DNA of 59,279 nt, the filler included. It is 4 parts of 4 records of this genome, joined end to end, with 100 filler letters (N's around TTAATTAATTAA, not from the genome) between each part and the next. Parts side by side here need not be neighbours in the genome. Positions count along the whole stretch, not along the records: positions 34,214 to 52,989 come from DRR378314_475; 3 more parts are not named here. One strand, given 5' to 3'. A program made the position numbers and the translations under genes. A model generated the notes under the pieces. It had not been told where the DNA came from, did not search any database, and saw only the letters and a list, made by a program, of their open reading frames with translations. Below are positions 42,229 to 52,264 of this stretch, in pieces. Every line of letters begins with the position of its first letter. Positions within the stretch are counted from its first letter, which is position 1.

Positions 42229-42309
42229 GGAATTGAGGGAGAAAATAGATACAGTAATCTCCATATAATGAACACCTATAAATATAATTGAACACAAGTT
42301 GTTTAATTA

Positions 42310-43539
42310 CTACAATTCGGCCAGTATCTTATAAACAAGAAAAACAATGCATAGCAGGGCGGCAAGTAACGGCAGTAAAAACTTCCGGTTTCCCCAACAT
42401 TTCTTTCTGCCATAATCGTTAATGGCCAACTTGGTCTGTGAGAGATTTACCATTGTAAAAACGCTTATGACCACATAGCTTGTAGTATTGGCCAGTTCAA
42501 CAATAGGAACGAAAATGGCGAGAACCATAATCCCAATGGCTATGGCCAGGGTGGCCAGTATTGGAGTACGGTACTTCTTATGTACTTGATGAAACAATTT
42601 GGGTGCATTGTTCTGCCCTGCCATTCCGTAAAGGACCCTTGACCCCATTATGAGCTGTGCCAATACACCATTTAAAACGGCAACCAAACTAATTAGACTA
42701 ATAATATAGGCATAATGCTGCTCCTTATTCGCAACTATTTCCGCCATAGGCGCATCGGTGGCAATAAGTTCGTTCAATGGCAAGGCAATTACGGCAACCA
42801 CAGCTACAGCTACATACAGGAACAACGCAATGAACAAACTGCCCATAATGGCTACAGGCATGCTCTTTTGCGGATTTTTGGCCTCCTCCGCAACATTTGC
42901 CAAATCTTCGAACCCAACAAAGGCATAAAAGGCCAAGAAAGCACCCTGAAACACTGCAAAGATATCATAGCCAGGTGCCGCAAGGAACATTTGGGAAAAC
43001 TGGGAAGTGAATTTCTCCAAATCTATGCCTGCCACAAAAATAACAAATAGAAGCCCCCCTACCTCAATCAGGGTTATTAACCCAATTACGTTCAAAGATT
43101 CCCCAATACCCCAGATGGCAAGTAAACATAGTAGTGTCATACTTACGATGATCACAACAGCATCCGGGAATTCAATAAACACGTTCAGGTAGCCAACAAA
43201 TCCTTTGAGAATGGCAGCAGCAGAAATAAACCCGGTAAATATTACTCCCCATCCCACCAAGGAGGCCAATCGTTTTGAGTTGAATGCCTTGTTTACATAG
43301 ATTATTTCCCCACCACTTTTCGGAAACCGCGGGGCAAGAAGGGAATAGGAGTATGCGGTTAATCCTGCCAAAACCCCTGCAAGTAGGAAGGAAAGAGGCG
43401 CCAGTGTTCCGGAATACCCGGCTACCTTGCCCACCAGCACATAAATACCTGCTCCCAACATGGTCCCAACACCGTATAGGAGTATTTGAACTGTACCCAA
43501 TTGTTTCTTTAACCCAACCTCTTCATTAACTTCATTCAT
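42310..43539 (-). CDS. APC family amino acid permease
   Basis: GTMLGAGIY, FYAFVGFE, EEAKNPQK, SRVLYGMA, RTP. Confidence 0.9.
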   Translation of the reverse strand: MNEVNEEVGLKKQLGTVQILLYGVGTMLGAGIYVLVGKVAGYSGTLAPLSFLLAGVLAGLTAYSYSLLAPRFPKSGGEIIYVNKAFNSKRLASLVGWGVIFTGFISAAAILKGFVGYLNVFIEFPDAVVIIVSMTLLCLLAIWGIGESLNVIGLITLIEVGGLLFVIFVAGIDLEKFTSQFSQMFLAAPGYDIFAVFQGAFLAFYAFVGFEDLANVAEEAKNPQKSMPVAIMGSLFIALFLYVAVAVVAVIALPLNELIATDAPMAEIVANKEQHYAYIISLISLVAVLNGVLAQLIMGSRVLYGMAGQNNAPKLFHQVHKKYRTPILATLAIAIGIMVLAIFVPIVELANTTSYVVISVFTMVNLSQTKLAINDYGRKKCWGNRKFLLPLLAALLCIVFLVYKILAEL

Positions 43540-43589
43540 ACCTCCAAGTTTTCCTTTAATTTAAGGGACTAAAGCGCTTTCAGAATTTT

Positions 43590-44858
43590 CTAACTGGAAT
43601 TAACTTCCGTTTTCCCTATCCCCATGCGTCGAGCTTGGATTCCTATTAGGGGACCAGCGAGAATTGAGGACAGGAGCGCTGAAAATACGATAGCCACAAA
43701 TATTGCCTGTCCAATGAGTTCCAATTCTATGGCCAGAGTAGCAACCACAATTTCCATGGCACCTCCGGGAATAAAGATCAAGCCCATTAAAATAGATGTT
43801 TGTTGAGATTGCTTGCCCAATTTTGCTCCTAACCAGGCACCAATAAATTTACCCAAAATGGCAACTATACAGAATATAACAGTTGGCCATAATTCCAGTC
43901 CCACCAAAAAATCGATTTTGATACCAAGTGTCGCAAAAAAGAGGGGTACAAAAATAGCGTGCAAAGTATCCGAAACGCTATTGCGAAGCTCATCTGTTAC
44001 TCGTTTGGCACTTCCCGCCATGGTACCTGCTAGGAAGAATCCCAGAATAGCATGAATTCCCATCCACTGCGTGATGGCTCCACAAAGCAATCCAACACTT
44101 ACAATTAGAGTCTGTGCAGCTGCAGGCTGTGGCAATGAAGTTCCTTCGACTCGCTTTAAGGCAAAATTCAATACCTTGGCCCCAACGGCAATACTTACTA
44201 TAATAAAGGCGATTACCAGCAATGCCCTTCCGCCCAATTCCATGACACCCATTGCATGGGCCGTTACCATTGACATTACCACAGTAAACAATAACCATCC
44301 AAAAATGTCATTGATAGCACAGGCCGAAAGGGCAAGGGACGCTTGTGGCGTTTTATTGATTCCAAGATCACCCAAGGCGCGCGCCACGACCGAGATGGCA
44401 GTGATAGAACATGCTACGGACAAAAATAAGGGGAAGGTAATACCTGTGGCGGCCTCTCCCCAATAAATAGGGTCATATGAGCTAAAAATAGGATAGCCAA
44501 TGGCAATGGGAAACAACACCCCGACAATGCCGATTAAAATAGACGCACGACCACTTCGGAGCGCATGCCCCACATTTACATGAAACCCTGAGGATAATAA
44601 GAGAAAAAAGACCCCTAGCCAAGAAACCGTTTCCAACATTATGTATTGGGGTTCGCTATCAGGAAAAAGCATGTTTTGTAAGTCTGGAGATACCCGGCCA
44701 AGTAAGGTTGGCCCCAAAATAACGCCAGCTAAAATTTCACCGGCCAAAGCGGGAATTTTTATGGATTCACAGATAACACCAAGGGTTCGTGCAACCCCAA
44801 GAAGAACGAGGATCTGAATAATAAAAAGTAGAATATGGCTTTCGTTGAGGTAATGCAT
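43590..44858 (-). CDS. CPA2 cation:proton antiporter
   Basis: GEILAGVILGPT, SITAISV.AR, INDIFGW, FVPLFF, GKFIG. Confidence 0.88.
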   Translation of the reverse strand: MHYLNESHILLFIIQILVLLGVARTLGVICESIKIPALAGEILAGVILGPTLLGRVSPDLQNMLFPDSEPQYIMLETVSWLGVFFLLLSSGFHVNVGHALRSGRASILIGIVGVLFPIAIGYPIFSSYDPIYWGEAATGITFPLFLSVACSITAISVVARALGDLGINKTPQASLALSACAINDIFGWLLFTVVMSMVTAHAMGVMELGGRALLVIAFIIVSIAVGAKVLNFALKRVEGTSLPQPAAAQTLIVSVGLLCGAITQWMGIHAILGFFLAGTMAGSAKRVTDELRNSVSDTLHAIFVPLFFATLGIKIDFLVGLELWPTVIFCIVAILGKFIGAWLGAKLGKQSQQTSILMGLIFIPGGAMEIVVATLAIELELIGQAIFVAIVFSALLSSILAGPLIGIQARRMGIGKTEVNSS

Positions 44859-45135
44859 ATCAATATTTTATCCTATAGTAATCATATTAGAGTGTATTAA
44901 GTACCTCTGAAAATTGCACTTGGCCAATTGCCAACATAATATCTCCGGTAGTCCAAATCTCCCTTTATATGTTATTCTGATGTTATTATATCCAATGAAG
45001 CGAAACCTCCAATTTTACTTGGACACCCCCTGATAGGTTTCATTACCGTACTGCCCCTATCCATAACTTGGGATGCCTAAAAATCGGTTAAAACAGTAAT
45101 ACTATTAAATAATGGAACAATGTTTTATTTAAGGT

Positions 45136-45960
45136 TTATGCCTCCTTTTGAAAAGTAAAAAGTGGTATTCTAGTTTGAAATGCCGTATTTTGGGTGACGC
45201 TCTTTTGAAATACCTTTTCTAAAAAGTTTGTATGATGGGTAAACATGATTACCATATCGGCGTCAACGTCGGCCACAAAATTATTGATGCCCAATACAAC
45301 GGAGTTGATTTTTAGTTCGGTCATTTTTATCTTTTGATAAGAAAAATCTTTTATTAAACTCTTTTCCTTTTGCTGTAGATCCCCTTCAAAACCCTCATCA
45401 TCCTTATCAATATGAAGAATTTGAATCCATGCATCCATTAATTTTGCGAAAGGGATAATTAGATCAAGCTCTTTCTCAAGATTGTAAAAGTCGCTGGAGT
45501 ATACAATGTTTTTGATACCCTTATATCGGGCAAATTCAGGAATGGTAAGCACAGGGATACTACTTTTCTCTATTATACTGGCGGCATTACTACCAAAAAG
45601 AATCTTTTTAAGCCCACTGGCACCTTTGGTTCCGATACAAACAATATCGATATCATTTTTTAGGGCGGTCGTCTCAACGTATTTTCCTATAGACGTACCT
45701 GAGGTAATTTCATAGCTTATATCTACATTATGGCTATTATCTTTTTTTATAGACGCCAAAAGTTCTTTCATTGCCCTTTCCGAACTAGTTTTTATGGCCT
45801 CTTGAAGTTTATGGGAACCCACTCTGGCCATTGAAGGTGTATTGGTGTCTATTACATGGAGCAACATAAGCTTTACTTCCAAGTCCTTGCTCATATCTAC
45901 AGCATACTTGATCGCTACCTTGGATAATTCCGAAAAATCTGTTGGGATTAAAATTCTCAT
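45136..45960 (-). CDS. Universal stress protein (tandem USP)
   Basis: ILIPTDFS, IGTKGASG...FGSNA, PVLTIP. Confidence 0.92.
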   Translation of the reverse strand: MRILIPTDFSELSKVAIKYAVDMSKDLEVKLMLLHVIDTNTPSMARVGSHKLQEAIKTSSERAMKELLASIKKDNSHNVDISYEITSGTSIGKYVETTALKNDIDIVCIGTKGASGLKKILFGSNAASIIEKSSIPVLTIPEFARYKGIKNIVYSSDFYNLEKELDLIIPFAKLMDAWIQILHIDKDDEGFEGDLQQKEKSLIKDFSYQKIKMTELKINSVVLGINNFVADVDADMVIMFTHHTNFLEKVFQKSVTQNTAFQTRIPLFTFQKEA

Positions 45961-46016
45961 ATAAAAACTGTTTTAGGTTTATACTTTAAAAATATCCAAC
46001 TCCTGGGTCAAATAAT

Positions 46017-46030
46017 ATGATATTGGTCAT
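46017..46030. promoter_or_regulatory. Crp/Fnr-like palindrome upstream of USP gene 1
   Basis: ATGATATTGGTCAT 57 nt upstream of start; counterpart at 47137. Confidence 0.5.
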
Positions 46031-46238
46031 CCCTAGTAATAATATATGACGGACCCACATGTTCTACCAGCCTTAAACATATCTAAACTATAAAATGTTG
46101 TGGTCTTTTTAATGAACTCCGGGAGTAGGTAGTCTTCCTGTTGGCTCCTGTTGTAGTGCTTAGCACTCCCCTTTAACCTTTTATTCCAAGCCAGGCGCAT
46201 TGCCCAAGTCCTGAAAATCTGTCACAGGGCTTTCAACC

Positions 46239-47078
46239 TCATCTTCTAATCTCGTGTAAGGCCAACACCGGAATGCCAGTGTGATAATTAAGGTTCTTCA
46301 CCATTGGCCTTGATAAAATCATTCCAAAAAAACTATGTCTTCTATTAATGAAGGAAACCATATCACTCCCACGACTTTCTATAAATGAATTGATTGCAGC
46401 TTGAACATCTTTATTTTTTAGGGTATGAAACGAGTAGTCCAGATCTTCAAAATAATCCTTTAATAAATTTTTATTATTGACTTGATCCTCATCAAGACTT
46501 TCATTTTTATTAACCACATTTAGCACTACAATGGACGAATTGGACATTTTTGCTATGTCGACCAAATATTGAAATTCACGCCTTTTAAAGGTTGTTCTAT
46601 AATCTGTTGGAAAAACAATTTCCTTTATTTCCTTATAGATCGTTTTTGATGGGATGGCTAGCACGGGACAATTTCTGATTTCTTCCATAGCAAGCACCGT
46701 TTGGCTCCCGAATATTTCAATTCTGGAATTCGTTGCTCCCTGAGTGCCCATGACAACCATTTCGATATCCTGTTTATCAACCATGGTCTTAATTATGTCC
46801 AATAGATTACCACATTCGGATACCACGTGGAATTCATGATTCCTTGAATTATCATCATGTGATAGCCACTCAAGAATAACCCTCAAGCCACTGATCGATT
46901 TTTCCCTAAATTCCTCCAAATCCCTAGCAATAGCAAGCTCCATTGTATAGGGTTCTGCATTATACGTATTTAGTATATAAAAAACACAGGTTTCGTTCTT
47001 AAACAGTTTAACTGCATATTCAATGGCGTTTTGGGCGTTTTTTGAAAAATCTGTAGGACAAAGAATTCTTCGTTTCAT
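46239..47078 (-). CDS. Universal stress protein (tandem USP)
   Basis: ILCPTDFS, MGTQGAT...FGSQT, CPVLAIP; start MKRRIL. Confidence 0.92.
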   Translation of the reverse strand: MKRRILCPTDFSKNAQNAIEYAVKLFKNETCVFYILNTYNAEPYTMELAIARDLEEFREKSISGLRVILEWLSHDDNSRNHEFHVVSECGNLLDIIKTMVDKQDIEMVVMGTQGATNSRIEIFGSQTVLAMEEIRNCPVLAIPSKTIYKEIKEIVFPTDYRTTFKRREFQYLVDIAKMSNSSIVVLNVVNKNESLDEDQVNNKNLLKDYFEDLDYSFHTLKNKDVQAAINSFIESRGSDMVSFINRRHSFFGMILSRPMVKNLNYHTGIPVLALHEIRR

Positions 47079-47136
47079 AATAATCAAGTATTTAAACGTT
47101 TAGAATCAAATATATCCTTATAATAATTAGGCAACA

Positions 47137-47150
47137 ATGATATTTATCAG
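47137..47150. promoter_or_regulatory. Crp/Fnr-like palindrome upstream of USP gene 2
   Basis: ATGATATTTATCAG 59 nt upstream of start. Confidence 0.5.
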
Positions 47151-47492
47151 ATAAGCTTCCAATACCAGTTCTCTGAAAATGAACCTATAGAAGAGCCGAT
47201 CGCCTTAGGTATTATTATATTATGCTTTAGGTTTGGCAAATAAGTCCTCCCTCCCACCACTGGGTCCGGTAATGGACAGTTAGATAATGGCCAATGTAAT
47301 TTTATAGTATTAGAGATCACAAAAGATTTCAGACCGCGCTAAACCTTTGCAATATTTAATCCTCTAAATCTATAGTGAAAAACTTGACAATATTTATTTA
47401 AAAAGAAGTTACAAAAGTGTATCCCCCTCTTAACCGTTTTATTTCTTCCGTTATGAATGTTGCCTTCGTTGTGCCAACAACCTGGATGCATC

Positions 47493-48209
47493 CTAAAACA
47501 TGCTATAAAGGGTAGTTACTATTGCCCCTTTACCATCATTGGAAACATGGGATAACAATTGCTTTTCCTCCTTTACCTTCAAATTGAATGGTGGGGCCAA
47601 TAGGTTTAGACCGCTTTGTTTTTTTAACCTAATGCCCTGTCCAGAAATAATATCCTTATTGGGTACAAAATCCCCTTCAGGTAAATGCTCCGTTATCACG
47701 ACATATTTATACTTGGACAACTTACCCGCTACACTATGTACCTCGGCGTTGGATAAATGTTGAAGCACTTGTCTCAATATGGCACAATCCCCGGAAGGCA
47801 GATCATCCATGGCGATATCCAAACATTGGAATTCCAAATTTCCTTTCTCAAATTTTTTCCTATTACGTGCTATAAGCCCTGGTACTATATCTATGCCTGT
47901 GTACTTCTTGGTATGCCTTACCAATTGCTTCCCTACATTAAAATCCCCGCAACCTAAATCGCATACGGAAAGGGGTTCTTTAAAAGAACTCAAGAATGAT
48001 GTTAAAACAGCTATATATGGATTTAAAATTTCAGGATGATGTGACCCTTCACCAGAATAATAATCGGAATTATCACCGCCCCACAGTTTCATTTCATAAA
48101 CCTGTTCCATTGCCGCTTTGGTAGGCCAAGGCTTCTTCTTTATTTTATTTCCAATTTCCTCCTTCTTCACAAACATTAATATTTGCATTATTCTCCGACC
48201 TAAAAACAA
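47493..48209 (-). CDS. SAM-dependent methyltransferase
   Basis: WG...SG.GS, VCDLGCGDF, YTGIDIV, LRQVLQHLSN; start uncertain. Confidence 0.85.
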   Translation of the reverse strand: MFLGRRIMQILMFVKKEEIGNKIKKKPWPTKAAMEQVYEMKLWGGDNSDYYSGEGSHHPEILNPYIAVLTSFLSSFKEPLSVCDLGCGDFNVGKQLVRHTKKYTGIDIVPGLIARNRKKFEKGNLEFQCLDIAMDDLPSGDCAILRQVLQHLSNAEVHSVAGKLSKYKYVVITEHLPEGDFVPNKDIISGQGIRLKKQSGLNLLAPPFNLKVKEEKQLLSHVSNDGKGAIVTTLYSMF

Positions 48210-48266
48210 ACGTACAGCAATAACGCAGATGATAAAACTTATTGAAATACCTTGACTTTGAAAAAT

Positions 48267-48580
48267 TTATGCCAATTTGCTCCTATTTTTTAAAATAACA
48301 AGGGTTACAACATAAATAAGTACGATGGCCAAGGGGATGGCTACAAATCTTAAGTCTGGAAAAAGGTACCACAAAATTACAATACTTACAGTTCTTGCTA
48401 TAGCGTGTACTATGCCTATCCAATGCTTCCAGTAGCAATAAAGAGCACCCAAACCTTAACTTTATCCGAGAAAAACATACCCGAAAAGGCTACCAACAAC
48501 CAAGCTACTAAACCTGAAAGAGGCGTTGCCAAAAATGGACCTTTTGAACATTCCTGTCGTTGTTGCTCCAATGTCTTCAT
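48267..48580 (-). pseudogene. Membrane-protein pseudogene (frame break, probable internal deletion)
   Basis: MKTLEQQRQE...FLATPLSGLVAW...LFIATGSI ends in one frame and KHWIGIVHAIART...ILKNRSKLA continues in another, joined at AAGCATTG (48421-48428). Confidence 0.65.
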
Positions 48581-48599
48581 TCCACAAAATTAAAATAAT

Positions 48600-49298
48600 C
48601 TACCTGGAGACCTGCTTTCCTGTATTATAATTTTTCTCCTTTTTTAGCCCTTTGAACAATAGCCATATGGTAAATGATAGCTCCCCAATTACTCCTGTCA
48701 ATACCACGCCCATTTCAAAATAGGGTCGGTAAATAAGGTAATTTTCATATGCTAATTTTGCTATACCATCCAACATATAACCCATAGCAGCCAGTAGTAA
48801 AAACAGGCCGATAATTTTTGGGATAAAGGTGGATTTCAAACTAAGAAATCCAAGAACTATCAAGTGCAGGCCAAAAATCAATAATCCCAAAGTCCATACT
48901 AAATCAAAATCCGACACAAGATTCATTACTTCGAGTTCCAGGCCATTACCACTCTCCGCTTCGGCTGTGAGTTGGTATGCCCTCCACAATTTTGACAAAG
49001 CTATACCGAAAAAAATAGCATGCATTAGTCGGAAAAAAGAGGCCACAAAAGATAAATTCCTACTGACCGATTGCGTCAAATAGAAAAGTGACCATACCAG
49101 TAGAACATCAAAGAACAACATCACTACAAATCCTAACAGACCGTATCCAAACTGAGAGTGTCGGTTCACAAAATTAGTGACCGTGACAGTTGGGCTCTCC
49201 ATATCCACTAGACTTTCAAGTACAGAAAAATTGGCATAAAAACCTGAAAGAAAAATCATTAAATAGGCTATTCCAGAAATTTTTGCGATTTGTTTCAT
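48600..49298 (-). CDS. DUF4386 family membrane protein
   Basis: AKISGIAYL, GLLIFGLHLIVLG, IPKIIG, GELSFTIWLLFKG. Confidence 0.8.
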   Translation of the reverse strand: MKQIAKISGIAYLMIFLSGFYANFSVLESLVDMESPTVTVTNFVNRHSQFGYGLLGFVVMLFFDVLLVWSLFYLTQSVSRNLSFVASFFRLMHAIFFGIALSKLWRAYQLTAEAESGNGLELEVMNLVSDFDLVWTLGLLIFGLHLIVLGFLSLKSTFIPKIIGLFLLLAAMGYMLDGIAKLAYENYLIYRPYFEMGVVLTGVIGELSFTIWLLFKGLKKEKNYNTGKQVSR

Positions 49299-49451
49299 GC
49301 GTACCATCTTTATGATTTGTGCGAAACTATTGTCTTTAAAATTTAAATATATTGACTTTAGTTAAGATTAACGGGCCTTACCTTGTTCCTAACGGGATTT
49401 TTTTCGAATTTTAAACGGAAATCTAATTAAGAATAATCCAATCTGTGAATA

Positions 49452-50030
49452 ATGTATGACCAACTCATTGGAAATATAAAGGAATTGGTTCCTCTTACCG
49501 AAGATGAATCCAAGCTGATTCAGAAATCGTTTGAGCCCGTATCTCTCAAAAAGAAACAATTTTTACTTCAAAGTGGGGAATACTCCAATCATATGCGCTT
49601 TATTTCCGAAGGATGCGTAAAACTTTTTAGTATAGATGAATTGGGCGCTGAACATATTCTGCAATTTGGAATAAGTGGATGGTGGATCAACGACCTGTAC
49701 GCCTATCTCACCCAGAAACCTGCCACTTTCTTTATTCAGGCCATAACGCAGAGTACAGTGATGCAAATTCATAGGGATAGATTAAATGATCTCTTTGATA
49801 AAATCCATATGATGGATCGATTTTTCCGTATCAAAACCCAAAACGGTTATGTAGCCCTTCAGGAAAGAACGATCAACAATATGAGTCAGTCTGCCGAGCA
49901 ACGTTACCTTGAGTTTATTGGACGTTACCGGGACATAGAACAACAAATTCCTCAATATATGCTTGCCTCCTACTTGGGAGTCACTCCTGAACACCTAAGT
50001 ACAATCCGAAAAAATTTAAGGGATTATTAG
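49452..50030 (+). CDS. Crp/Fnr family transcriptional regulator
   Basis: cNMP-binding-like N-domain, SAEQRYLEF, QYMLASYLGVTPEHLS HTH. Confidence 0.92.
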   Translation: MYDQLIGNIKELVPLTEDESKLIQKSFEPVSLKKKQFLLQSGEYSNHMRFISEGCVKLFSIDELGAEHILQFGISGWWINDLYAYLTQKPATFFIQAITQSTVMQIHRDRLNDLFDKIHMMDRFFRIKTQNGYVALQERTINNMSQSAEQRYLEFIGRYRDIEQQIPQYMLASYLGVTPEHLSTIRKNLRDY

Positions 50031-50035
50031 CGTTC

Positions 50036-50049
50036 TTAAGATACCTTAA
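50036..50049. promoter_or_regulatory. Putative operator for the adjacent Crp/Fnr regulator
   Basis: TTAAG-ATAC-CTTAA palindrome; similar TTGACT-TT-AGTTAA at 49352-49365. Confidence 0.5.
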
Positions 50050-50100
50050 TGAAATAGTTCCCCATGGTTTTGATATTTGCTCCAACAAAATATTTTAATC

Positions 50101-51081
50101 ATGAAAAGGACAAAAATTTTTATTGCAATCCTGCTCTTTTTTCAATTTTTGGCTATAGGGCAGCAACATGAAACAGTGGGCAAAAGTCCATGGGGACCAA
50201 AGGATCAAATTGGCACCCTAAATATGATGACCGAAGCTTCTAAGCTAGAGGTACTATCCAAAATATCCTCCGGAAAGACCTACGACCTTAGTGTAGATTA
50301 CTTTGTTGGAATGCCCAGCTTTCATTCCTTGGGAGATCCTGGATACCAGTATTGGCTTACACATACACCACATGGTACTATAGTGGACAATCCCAATGGT
50401 CTAGGAGAGAAAATGAACAAAAAGGTTAGCTATACCGGGGACGCCATCTCCATGTACACCCATATGGGGACGCATATAGATGCATTGAACCACTTTGGTC
50501 TAGATGGTAAAATATGGAATGGATATACCCCAGAGGAATACCTTGGGGACAAGGGCTGGAAGAAGACCGGAGCAGAAACCATTCCGCCAATTATTGCTAG
50601 GGGGGTACTATTGGACGTAGCGGATGCCAAAGGACCACTTCCAAAAAACTATCGCATCACTTCCCAGGACCTTCAGCTCACCTTAGAGAAACAGGGTATG
50701 GAGCTAAAACCCGGAGACGTTGTATTGATCAGGACGGGCCAAGCCGAGTTTTATGAAGATGCCCAGCACTATTTGGATAACTATCCAGGTATAGGTCTTG
50801 ATGCCGTAAAGTGGTTGGTAGAGGAGAAGGGAATTATGCTCCTAGGTGCGGATAACCTTAGTTTTGAGGCCTTTCCGCCAGAACGGGAAGACAATTGGGT
50901 ACCTGTGCATACATACCTGCTTGCGGAAAAAGGAGTAATGTTTATAGAGCAGCTATATTTGGAAAAACTATCCAAAGACGCGGTGTATGAATTTGCGTTC
51001 ATTGCAGCCTCCCTGAAATTAAGGGGTGCCAGCGCCTCCCCTATGCGGCCCATAGCCATCCCAATATACATGAAAGAGTAA
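50101..51081 (+). CDS. Cyclase family (kynurenine formamidase-like) metallohydrolase with signal peptide
   Basis: WGPKDQIGTLN, HMGTHIDALNH, RGVLLDV, GDVVLIRTG, GADN, PVH, GASASPMRP. Confidence 0.88.
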   Translation: MKRTKIFIAILLFFQFLAIGQQHETVGKSPWGPKDQIGTLNMMTEASKLEVLSKISSGKTYDLSVDYFVGMPSFHSLGDPGYQYWLTHTPHGTIVDNPNGLGEKMNKKVSYTGDAISMYTHMGTHIDALNHFGLDGKIWNGYTPEEYLGDKGWKKTGAETIPPIIARGVLLDVADAKGPLPKNYRITSQDLQLTLEKQGMELKPGDVVLIRTGQAEFYEDAQHYLDNYPGIGLDAVKWLVEEKGIMLLGADNLSFEAFPPEREDNWVPVHTYLLAEKGVMFIEQLYLEKLSKDAVYEFAFIAASLKLRGASASPMRPIAIPIYMKE

Positions 51082-51085
51082 GGCC

Positions 51086-51532
51086 ATGAACAATTCATCA
51101 TTATTACTGCTTTCGTTTTCGGTAGGTATTTTGGTCGTAATCCAAGGTGGAATAAACGCTAGGCTTGGGGTACTGCTAAACAGCAGCTTGTTGGCTACAT
51201 CAGCAGCCTTGATTATGAGCGCGAGTTTTACACTAATTGCGGTTTTCATGACCGTCCGCGAACTTCCAAGTACAGACCAAATACAATCGATCCCTGCCTA
51301 TATGTGGTTTACGGGAGGCGCTCTAAGTTTCTTGGCAGTAACACTCTTTTACTACATCATTCCACGTATTGGGATATCTACAGCGGTGGTTTTTGGGCTT
51401 AGTGGTCAAATAATTTTTGCTGCTATAGCAGGGCATTTTGGTTGGTTTGGAATGCCCTTGGAACCCATGACCATTAAAAAAATTATGGGAATGTTAGTGA
51501 TGACCTTGGGAATAATACTCATAAAATATTAA
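51086..51532 (+). CDS. DMT family transporter (YdcZ/DUF606)
   Basis: QGGINARLG, MWFTGG, PRIG, SGQI...HFGWFG. Confidence 0.85.
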   Translation: MNNSSLLLLSFSVGILVVIQGGINARLGVLLNSSLLATSAALIMSASFTLIAVFMTVRELPSTDQIQSIPAYMWFTGGALSFLAVTLFYYIIPRIGISTAVVFGLSGQIIFAAIAGHFGWFGMPLEPMTIKKIMGMLVMTLGIILIKY

Positions 51533-51533
51533 A

Positions 51534-52253
51534 GTGATGGATTTAACCAGAGAAAACATAAGGAATCTAACTAATCTATGGAGCCTGGCAGGCAGGGCCA
51601 ATGGCCAATTTTACAGCAATGATGATTACGCCTTAAGCACTGTGGCAGCATCAGAATGGCCCAATAAACTATGGTTTCATCGGCCTCCGAGCAGAAAGAA
51701 ATTGGAAGAAATTCTAGATAGAACCAATATCGCCGGGTTCACCATCCCCGTATGGCAAACCAATGTCACCGAGAAACTTTTATTGTCCCAAAACTTTATA
51801 CTAAAAAATGAACTGACCGGCATGTCCATACAGCTGAAGGATAACCACTACCATACCAGTGAACTATCCTTCCAAAAGGTAACGGACACTGGCACAGCTG
51901 CACTGTGGTCCAGTCTTTTTCTTAAGGCTTTTGGATATTGTATCAGCCCGGAAACGGTAGTACTCACCATGAACCGGGTAGACTATCTCATTGGGTACCA
52001 TGGATCCCAATCTATTGGGACAGCTGTTCTTTTTAGGGACACCCCTAATTTGGCCGGTATTCATTCCATTGGTGTTGTCCCTGACCATAGACGAAAGGGA
52101 TATGCAGCAGACCTACTGAACCATGTTCTAAACTTGGCCAAGCAACAGGGGGCCATTTATGCTACCCTACAGGCCTCACAAATGGCAAAGGGACTTTATT
52201 TAAAAACTGGATTTCGAGAAGATTTCCTCCTTAAAAATTTTGTAAAACAATAA
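51534..52253 (+). CDS. GNAT acetyltransferase
   Basis: IGVVPDHRRKGYA, TLQAS.MAKGLY.K.GF. Confidence 0.85.
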   Translation: MMDLTRENIRNLTNLWSLAGRANGQFYSNDDYALSTVAASEWPNKLWFHRPPSRKKLEEILDRTNIAGFTIPVWQTNVTEKLLLSQNFILKNELTGMSIQLKDNHYHTSELSFQKVTDTGTAALWSSLFLKAFGYCISPETVVLTMNRVDYLIGYHGSQSIGTAVLFRDTPNLAGIHSIGVVPDHRRKGYAADLLNHVLNLAKQQGAIYATLQASQMAKGLYLKTGFREDFLLKNFVKQ

Positions 52254-52264
52254 AACACAAAAAA

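Noticed and set aside
34214-42300. CRISPR array
   Set aside because: Repeats are long, degenerate and separated by whole genes; no cas genes; no constant-length spacers
46050-46238. Possible gene remnants in spacers 46050-46238 and 44870-45130
   Set aside because: Only short interrupted frames; no family recognisable without a search
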